Part shown: positions 59,101 to 64,000 of the stretch, in pieces
Numbering within the stretch: position 1 is the first letter of the stretch
Layout of the letters: each line of letters opens with the position of its first letter
The notes under the pieces: generated by a model
Seen by the model: the letters and a program-made list of their open reading frames with translations, nothing else
Database searches by the model: none
Told to the model about the DNA's origin: nothing
NCBI GenBank assembly: GCA_044229845.1
Contig: JBGASG010000002.1
Span: 608,001 to 672,000, forward strand
Origin: Candidatus Obscuribacteraceae bacterium
GTDB lineage: Bacteria > Cyanobacteriota > Vampirovibrionia > Obscuribacterales > Obscuribacteraceae
DNA length: 64,000 nt
Reading direction: 5' to 3'
Made by a program: the position numbers and the translations under genes

Positions 59101-60075
59101 CTGCGAGAGATCGTGATTGGTGCGGTGTTTGTATTCCGCCATGACCTGCTGCCGCTGCACCGGCGACAGTGTTTGCAGTATGTTGAGCATCGAATTGACA
59201 TTCGGCTCCTCAGCGTTGAGGTGCCAGATATTGTGTTCGTTCAGTGCCGCAGTCACTGCATCGGTGCGGGCCGCCACTTCTTCAGGAAACAGCAGCGTCT
59301 TGTCTTGGTGCACAGGCGTGCTGTCCCACCGCGGAGGGGCCGGGACTGCATCGCGATGCTGCGTTACGTCATGTGCTACCGGAGGATGTGGAACCGCGTC
59401 ATGTGGAACAGTCGGGACTGGAGACGCATCATGCGGGCGAGTTGGATGTGGGGACCCGCCATCATGCGGCCCGTGTTGTGGTGCAGCATCCTTGTGAGTT
59501 GTCTGCGCGTTCGGATTGATCAGCTTATCGACCTCACCGGTCACGGCTTGCTGCGCCGCGGTGAGAAACGACCCTGCCTTCTTCAACATGTATTCGATTG
59601 AGTAGTTCGCCTTGATCTCTTCTTCGTGCGCAGACGAAGTAGCGGTCTTCAGGAGTTTTTGCAAACCATCCATGAACGACGCCCGCGGAACGTGCCGTTC
59701 TCCCTTGGATGAGTACTCTTTGCCTTCTTTTTTGTCTTCGATGACAAATTCGGAGACCGCAGCGGGTCCTGTCTTCTGCCCATCGTGGTGGGCATTGACA
59801 CGATTCATCAGCGCTTCCAGTGCCTGATCGCTTTCGCTGGGTGGATGAGACTTCGCCAGATGCCCATCTCGTGACCGCTCTACATGGCCGCCGCCCTGCT
59901 TGGGCAATGTCCTATCGTGCCCGCCGGAGAACGTGGAAAACTTCTTCTCGTACTTGGCGGCCTGTGGCTCATTAGTCACATTTTCGGCAGCAGACTTGCT
60001 CGACGCAGCGTTACTCTGCCCGTCGTCCTTGACGTGATCCGGCTTCTTGTCGGGTTGTTTCTCGCCGCGGGTCAT
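53116..60075 (-). CDS. Giant multidomain protein: annexin-like repeats, hydrophobic helices, EDR1/transglutaminase-like domain, two C-terminal kinase-like domains (candidate polymorphic toxin)
   Basis: 2319 aa. Annexin-like ILQTLSPVQRQQVMAEYKHRTNHDLSQDI and YLSTLTPTQIRDASHAYFNKYG. GSCTQQAVLLK...NHMWV...IYDP triad. C-terminal GGES...FLKL...YVQE...DMKYTQFG...LMDW. Confidence 0.8.
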   Translation of the reverse strand: MTRGEKQPDKKPDHVKDDGQSNAASSKSAAENVTNEPQAAKYEKKFSTFSGGHDRTLPKQGGGHVERSRDGHLAKSHPPSESDQALEALMNRVNAHHDGQKTGPAAVSEFVIEDKKEGKEYSSKGERHVPRASFMDGLQKLLKTATSSAHEEEIKANYSIEYMLKKAGSFLTAAQQAVTGEVDKLINPNAQTTHKDAAPQHGPHDGGSPHPTRPHDASPVPTVPHDAVPHPPVAHDVTQHRDAVPAPPRWDSTPVHQDKTLLFPEEVAARTDAVTAALNEHNIWHLNAEEPNVNSMLNILQTLSPVQRQQVMAEYKHRTNHDLSQDIADKLKGNQEAVAELQAVLHRNDTVADFAGALARNLGTVTDTGSRLDQHGFNIWQNANDEHDHATAEKSILHTLQKLDSKQIAELNLKFDNPHLSTATKEAIHVLLNGKDKLEGNPPTFAKQLAEIGLRHHRLDIFMEAMQLNPEARKEFSTPAGMERLQKVFTDPLELSTAQDYAQFGHLSLASRIEGNGRIFRTNKALIEDAIAHVEPEERKLFQEGHHEFTTGGIGPKEPYEQRISRYYKDIHEALNEASGFNDKAQLDAWENALLGRKTEVKVADVFKRNEENLLDHAFASVFNSHGKAAAKVEALAHMSPSEQDDYRKDVKFRTTVDNLVSQHLQPGLEQELARDVLRNIRDGKPPVNSFDRVLLDQLHGEKGLVGFANIEKAFDEDPSRFRGAKPTVAEKPAATEKDAAARKDAESIARFNTELKNVLESRMHGVSFGAGFPEESHQTLLDSFMQTGRLPIRISETLLPDNSRVMKDILGASAQDRERLLDPHPLDPKDIEVQDKLLGTGEKREFLLRMMKQSPPEKSLETMHPEDRLRAFAVGAGDSQDGLREYLSTLTPTQIRDASHAYFNKYGHRDMGKDVLDKMPPTDQIAFRNLLSNVGVTPQQELIDARHVADKSGSLADGVHERIWDRSQIAADEKLDEADRVLAKYGKSNVTEKQRQEFHEALNKYYQAEKDYINSKSGAAKALVDSSVTLATMAATLLVPEVTIGFLVTSSAGGAATSIGVHALYEGKSAKLDREGLVKYGVEGALVGPLAVVGPEHFGLTGAFRISEKVAERAALEAVTQKGVSALRPDAEKIISRGLQDLTDVQAVAGGKHTKDAIDKLVKQVTVDGGVDPVLEKAILEKLQANIKQGAVSRLEAEQLLRNASGAALSNVAGESVQEAAGLVSSDDLLSSLPQSAVQGAVMYKVFGVTSALASKLFGHIEPPHVLLARDSHGELIVGKGTVIQFANGKEWVADRPYVLGPNDKVDLRPRLKEGGHQLDLSSFKGSPVAADAAPIMPEARAQSNKLQTRGEIGEPLQPGFTLAGKGRYVSADGSSSSPFAATVVDLPNDKVLQKTLDEARAYMGRYHNLTAEQQQARLTQFVESKFMQTAVPGDKVQSIADANYMQFIKANGGKRVNLGEFIERGTGSCTQQAVLLKFLGDELLPQAHFRLVTGNGADGSNTVNHMWVQSGDRIYDPRQGTHGDFYSARHDRYKAASQMPAESRFGVSPAKLELGANVALEGESGWTVVKTVGKDGKVTIMHDGAMTINEKDLLAANPGLQLKVGESVHLRKPDGTIDSGWQIRSRDQHSGELVLFKKDAVVMRVSPEQLLRNLPELAAARLDKNATSYIEFTDHVRLLAQARRVGSVRAELGLTPQQVERLEGLAAKVTDNAAKTKNWKEYEAVVKDFNFHMQQLADGKVRNHAAFVNDLDDLVHGRREPVKIETPPEPVVSEKVAPPRSTAEKPALPASAVKPEHDRVSSNQQEQPAEKVERIKTPEAHPEPLRPPPQFSVMELPARSRDCDWRFLISAEAIAKLSTREYGVEQLSDLLRGPSELLRKFLTEMNLVERYPDGKSQKELASWLLHLSAGRESFLGRDEWQHLPEDRHLLELSRVFSQCDLKVRGSDIHASNGAILVDLPVGTRVDGQTFANKSTLKIEVSNESTFQAIPALPYLPHQLSAPKLVDLGGGYRARVYVQEFVDLKAGAPPRGVIDMLTEFAQQNNLELRKNRGLVEFGKIGDRWCIVDDSRLIDINESALEKAADGAASFPRLSSRLEELLQSRGEIGSQVVYGKPKNLSLWLREALARPEIIPGLQEDVRGVHRKRLWALAKEVEYLNLQVTEGDILLGGESICVNLKPGSVYNGTVLEHGGFLKLTEPDREFAYFDQKTGTGVNYWEARAITEITPVEIAATKSFIYVQEPCKTCNPRNLQDVRDVDELVRTMAKDGIEVADMKYTQFGRDAQGRVVLMDWTAAMHRSRKQGFEARDRVSGDGRLE

Positions 60076-60178
60076 CTGTCTCTAGGGTAGCTGCCCTATT
60101 TGATATACCCATATGCAGACACGGTCGCCCTATTGTGGACACCCCCACAGCCTTTAGATCCAACTCTCAAAAGGGCTC

Positions 60179-60601
60179 CTACGCGCGGACTGCGGACACG
60201 TGCCCGTCTTTCGCGTAGCGCAAAAGTCTCCGGTCACGAGTGACCACGACCGCATTTTCCATCCTGGCCGTGGCAACAATCAGACGATCAGCCGGATCCT
60301 GGTGCAAATCACCAGGTAAATAACAACTGTCTAGAGCAATTTCAGCATTGAGCGGCACCAAGCTAATGCCCGGCTGATTCAAAGCCTCGCGGACCCAATC
60401 GCGCGGATCCTTTTGCAGCACAAGGCGTCCCTTCAACTCAAGCGTCGCTACTTCCCAAACACAAATCGCAGGAATTAGAACCGCTCCCATCCTCGCAGCA
60501 TCGTCGATTAGAACGCGGATGCGGGGCGACAGCTGCAAGTTGCCGTCCACTAGCCAGATCCAAACATGTGTGTCGAGAACAACCCGCCGGCGCTCAGCCA
60601 T
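60179..60601 (-). CDS. vapC: Type II TA VapC (PIN) toxin
   Basis: VLDTHVWIW, ICVWEVA, HQDPADRLIVATA, VTRDRRL. Confidence 0.93.
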   Translation of the reverse strand: MAERRRVVLDTHVWIWLVDGNLQLSPRIRVLIDDAARMGAVLIPAICVWEVATLELKGRLVLQKDPRDWVREALNQPGISLVPLNAEIALDSCYLPGDLHQDPADRLIVATARMENAVVVTRDRRLLRYAKDGHVSAVRA

Positions 60602-60833
60602 TTGACTCCCATGCGTCGTCTGTAGGCTCGATAATGTCCCCGTAGGTCTTCACCGAACCCTTCATGCATCCGAAGAGGCTTTGCCACTCCTCGTCACAAG
60701 GAACGAGTTTTGCAATAGGCTTGCCTCGCTTTGTTATGACAATCTCGCGGCGCTGCTGCTGCACCTTGTCCATAAGTTGCAGGCACTTGGCTTTAAACTC
60801 GCCAGCTGCTACGTGCTCAGTTCCCTTCTTCAT
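60594..60833 (-). CDS. Type II TA Phd/YefM-family antitoxin
   Basis: AGEFKAKCLQLMDKV...IVITKRGKPIAKLVP; overlaps the vapC start; start could be 60845 or 60851. Confidence 0.92.
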   Translation of the reverse strand: MKKGTEHVAAGEFKAKCLQLMDKVQQQRREIVITKRGKPIAKLVPCDEEWQSLFGCMKGSVKTYGDIIEPTDDAWESNG

Positions 60834-60840
60834 TGAAATC

Positions 60841-60871
60841 ACCATGGTCACATGTCCATGGTCATATTATA
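60841..60871 (-). promoter_or_regulatory. -10 box and tandem operator repeats of the phd-vapC operon
   Basis: Minus-strand TATAAT at 60866-60871, then two TGACCATGG repeats with a palindromic CCATGG core (60856-60864, 60842-60850). Confidence 0.6.
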
Positions 60872-60893
60872 GACTCTCTTGCCGGAAGCGTCC

Positions 60894-61712
60894 TTACTGC
60901 GGACCACCCGGTCCACCGGGACCTCCCCCAAATCCGCCGCCTCCGCCGCCGAATCCGCCGCCACCAGGTCCGCCGCCTTGCATGCGCTGTTTGCGCTGCT
61001 CTCTGAATTGTTCTAGCTTCGCCTTCTCAGCGTCGTCCAGCACACCGTCGCCGTTGGCGTCGAATTTCTGCATCATGCGCTGATACATCGGTCCGCGCTG
61101 TCCACCACCACCGCCGCCGCCACCGTTCCAATTCACCACTCCGTTGCCACCACCGGCGCCACTAAAGCCACCTGGTCCGCCTTGCCCACCAAAGCCACCG
61201 GGACCGCCCTGTCCGCCGAAGCCGGGACTGCGGAAACCGGGACCGCCCTGTCCGGGTCCACCGCCGCCACGGAAACCGCCACCGCCCTGACCACTAAATC
61301 CCCCACCGGGACCTCCCTGACTGCCAGGTCCACCGAAGCCGCCGGGCGGTCCTCCGCCCTCGGCCGCTCGTTTCTGCAACCATTCTTGCAGCTTGCCTTT
61401 CTCCTGGTCACTGAGAACGCCATCGCCGTCGGCATCAAATTTTTGCTTCAGACGTTCGCGCATGCCGCCGCCCTGCCCACCGCCTCCACCGAACTGTCCC
61501 CCGCCGAACTGCCCGCCACCAGGGCCGCCGCCGTTTCCGAATCTCGGTCCGCCATCCTCACTCATCGGAGGCGGTGATTGCCCGGGAGGTCCGGGCGGAA
61601 TTCCAATCGACGATTCGATACCAGATGCGGTACCGCTCCCCGGATCAGCCTTGACCGCAGGGGCTGCGGACAACAAGACAGTAACTGCCAAAAGGAAAAG
61701 CCTGCTTCTCAT
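60894..61712 (-). CDS. Secreted Gly-rich protein with two EF-hand-like motifs
   Basis: Signal peptide from MRSRLF (61712); FDADGDGVLSDQE and FDANGDGVLDDAE; GGPGG low-complexity segments. Confidence 0.8.
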   Translation of the reverse strand: MRSRLFLLAVTVLLSAAPAVKADPGSGTASGIESSIGIPPGPPGQSPPPMSEDGGPRFGNGGGPGGGQFGGGQFGGGGGQGGGMRERLKQKFDADGDGVLSDQEKGKLQEWLQKRAAEGGGPPGGFGGPGSQGGPGGGFSGQGGGGFRGGGGPGQGGPGFRSPGFGGQGGPGGFGGQGGPGGFSGAGGGNGVVNWNGGGGGGGGQRGPMYQRMMQKFDANGDGVLDDAEKAKLEQFREQRKQRMQGGGPGGGGFGGGGGGFGGGPGGPGGPQ

Positions 61713-61731
61713 GGTAATGTCTCCAACGCAA

Positions 61732-63438
61732 TTAGTACTGCATAAACTCGGGACTGCCAATCAACGCGGCAGTCTTTTGATAGTCGGGCACGGCAGCGAT
61801 AGCCTGCTGCGTCTTGAGTGATAATCTGCCACCATTTACGGTGCTTTGAATCCATCGATAATCCAGCGGCTGGGCCCGCCGTTGCGCCTGCCCCAGCTTG
61901 GTCGCGAACTCCATTCGCTTCATCAGTCCATCGGGATTGAGCCATGTCTCCCGCGTGTTTTTGTAGCCGTCCGGTGTCTGGCACTGATAGAGCGGCTGCC
62001 CCTGCTGATTCAAGAAGAGTTGAATCTTCAGAGCAGAACCTGGGTCCGAGAGGTGCATATCCGTGGCGCGCAACGCGGAAATCGTATATCTATATGGATT
62101 CTTGAACTTGCAGTTGCGATACTGGGTATCCCAAAATTCAGTGCTCGAAAATAGTGTGACCAGCACCGACTTTATGTTTCCCCGCGTCTGCATGAACTTG
62201 GTTGAAAGTTTGTCAACGAGACTTTTAGGTGGTTCGTCCGCTACAAAATATTGGGCCAGTTGATAACTGACGTGCCGCGCGGTCGATGGATGGCGCGCCA
62301 GCATATCCAGCACTTGCTCGATTTCATCGCGTCCTGTGCCACGAATTGTTTGCCCCAACACGACCTTATCGCCAAAGTCGTGACGGCGCTGATCGAAGAA
62401 TGCACCATAACCACCGTCAGTTATCAGGTTTTTCCGCATTGCAGGCGGCATGCCCCACCCGGTGAGAACCCGTGCCAGCTCTTGCACGTCTTTCTGTGTG
62501 TATCCACCATCGACGCCCATGGTGTGCAGTTCCAGCAGTTCGCGCGCATAGTTTTCGTTGATACCATTCTTCGGATCGTTAGGATTGAGTGATTTAAATC
62601 CCGCCTTACTGTTTTGCGCGTTATCGAGATAGAACATCATGGCGGGATGGTGCATGGTGGCACCGAGCAGATCTCTGAAGTTGCCCATTAAGTGGGGGCG
62701 GATTGCTTGCTCTTCGTAGGCACCAACCAGTACTCTATCCATGCCTTTCGACATCGCAACATTGAAATGATTGAACCAGAAGTCAGTCATAACTTCCTGC
62801 AACTGTCGGGGACTTTCCACCGCGCGTACAAGTCGCGTCTTAATCACGCCTTGCTGAAAGCCATCTCTAAATGGACTGCCACCACCTTGTTGTCTCTGTG
62901 GCAATTTATTACCGCCAGGACCGAATTCTTGAATCTGCAACTGCGGCAACGGCGCCATCGCGGTCTGGTCCATCTGTCCCGATTGCTGCCCCTGCTGCTG
63001 TCCCGATTGCTGCCCCTGCTGCTGTCCCGATTGCTGCCCCTGCTGCTGTCCCGGTCGCTGCACCGCCTGCTGTCGCGGCTGCTGCCCGCCGTCCTCACCT
63101 TTCTGTCGCGCCTGCAATTTGCGAATCTGGTCAAAAAAGACAAGCATCAAATCCGCTGACGGCTGACTAATCTGTGGAGTCTTCTGAACCTGATCGATCA
63201 CAATCGTCGACTCAGGGATGCTCGAAGGCTGCAGTTGCATCTCGATGTATTTCTGAATGCCAATCTGCCTGACCTTTTGTATGTCACCAGGTCTGGCGCC
63301 CATCGTCAGCCTATTAAGTAGATGGACGATCTGTTCATCAGTCGCGGCCGCCGGCTGTTCGCTGGCACCCTGTTTCGTGCTCGCCTGGACCGGCGCCAGC
63401 ACCAATAGCCAGGCTAGAAGAAGGCTAGTAAATCTCAT
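61732..63438 (-). CDS. DUF1800 family exported protein
   Basis: HLLNRLTMG, QLQEVMTDFWFNHFNV, YLDN, NENYARELLELHTMGVDGGYTQKDV. Confidence 0.92.
   Translation of the reverse strand: MRFTSLLLAWLLVLAPVQASTKQGASEQPAAATDEQIVHLLNRLTMGARPGDIQKVRQIGIQKYIEMQLQPSSIPESTIVIDQVQKTPQISQPSADLMLVFFDQIRKLQARQKGEDGGQQPRQQAVQRPGQQQGQQSGQQQGQQSGQQQGQQSGQMDQTAMAPLPQLQIQEFGPGGNKLPQRQQGGGSPFRDGFQQGVIKTRLVRAVESPRQLQEVMTDFWFNHFNVAMSKGMDRVLVGAYEEQAIRPHLMGNFRDLLGATMHHPAMMFYLDNAQNSKAGFKSLNPNDPKNGINENYARELLELHTMGVDGGYTQKDVQELARVLTGWGMPPAMRKNLITDGGYGAFFDQRRHDFGDKVVLGQTIRGTGRDEIEQVLDMLARHPSTARHVSYQLAQYFVADEPPKSLVDKLSTKFMQTRGNIKSVLVTLFSSTEFWDTQYRNCKFKNPYRYTISALRATDMHLSDPGSALKIQLFLNQQGQPLYQCQTPDGYKNTRETWLNPDGLMKRMEFATKLGQAQRRAQPLDYRWIQSTVNGGRLSLKTQQAIAAVPDYQKTAALIGSPEFMQY
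62974..63053 (-). repeat. 24-nt coding tandem repeat (QQGQQSGQ x3) in the DUF1800 gene
   Basis: ctgtcccgattgctgcccctgctg at 62974, 62998 and 63022, plus a partial copy. Confidence 0.85.
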
Positions 63439-63788
63439 AACAACCTACGGAGAGGTGATTCATTACCTAGTACGTCGGCCGACCTCAAAAAGTTCAATCA
63501 TTCCGGGCTAAATTTGGCGATTTAACATTAATTGGACGTTGCCTCTTTGACATCATTTGCCACTTATGAAGACGACCAGTCACTGCCGGTCGGCATTCAG
63601 CACCGTATGTGGTGCAGGCTGCACCGGCATAAGTCCCTCAGAGAGCGGTGATCGGCGATCACATGACAGCAATAACCCGGTGGTACGCTCGTCGTTGTAT
63701 CTGGTTAAGAAACCTTGTTCGAACCCATCTCCTCCCCTAGGCAACACACATTAAGTGAATGATGATGGTTATAGCTCCTGGTATCGAC

Positions 63789-64000
63789 ATGTTCGAGGAT
63801 AAGACACTCTCGTGCAGAGACTGTCATCAGCCGTTCACCTTTACGGCCGGTGAACAGGAATTCTATGCAGTCAAAGGACTGGTCAACGAACCCAAGCGTT
63901 GCCCAGGCTGCCGATTGCTGCTGCGTCTGAAACGCGACGGCAAGGATCCGGGCTATTCAGCGGAGGTTCCGTGCGCCGTCTGCGGTATCACAACGCGGGT
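63789..64000 (+). CDS. Zinc-ribbon (CxxC) domain protein, 3'-truncated by window edge
   Basis: Hand translation: MFEDKTLSCRDCHQPFTFTAGEQEFYAVKGLVNEPKRCPGCR...VPCAVCG; absent from the ORF track because it has no stop codon in the window. Confidence 0.88.
   Translation, partial: MFEDKTLSCRDCHQPFTFTAGEQEFYAVKGLVNEPKRCPGCRLLLRLKRDGKDPGYSAEVPCAVCGITTR

Overview
A 64-kb, moderately GC-rich bacterial window. Cyanobacteria-like Ssb, HU and ClpX sequences, no photosynthesis genes here, and many Ser/Thr kinase, TPR and caspase proteins suggest non-photosynthetic Cyanobacteriota (Melainabacteria/Obscuribacterales-like). This is an inference. Core content includes tig-clpP-clpX-lon, tRNA-Gly(GCC), HU, alr-nadD-yqeK, ssb, an FKBP, two Hsp20 genes, an aminotransferase-ALDH-acyl-CoA dehydrogenase operon, SulP and SSS transporters, and an ABC/lipocalin operon with an inserted secreted caspase. 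The most striking locus is 48259-60075 (-). It encodes a 2319-aa protein with annexin-like repeats, Gly/Ala-rich hydrophobic helices, an EDR1/transglutaminase-like Cys-His-Asp domain and two C-terminal kinase-like domains. Five tandem, tightly coupled, mosaic atypical kinase/pseudokinase paralogs follow immediately. This is a candidate polymorphic kinase-toxin plus kinase-fold immunity array, flanked by TA-type genes. Other notable items are a three-gene coiled-coil/Pro-rich operon after lon, three secreted TonB-C-like proteins sharing a C-terminal motif, and a motif-permuted DHH-like protein. The window also has twin GAAC-N4-GTTC boxes before the hsp20 pair, a 27-bp perfect inverted-repeat element, a vapC remnant missed by the ORF track, and candidate structured RNAs. 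All family calls come from motif recognition by eye; no searches were run.
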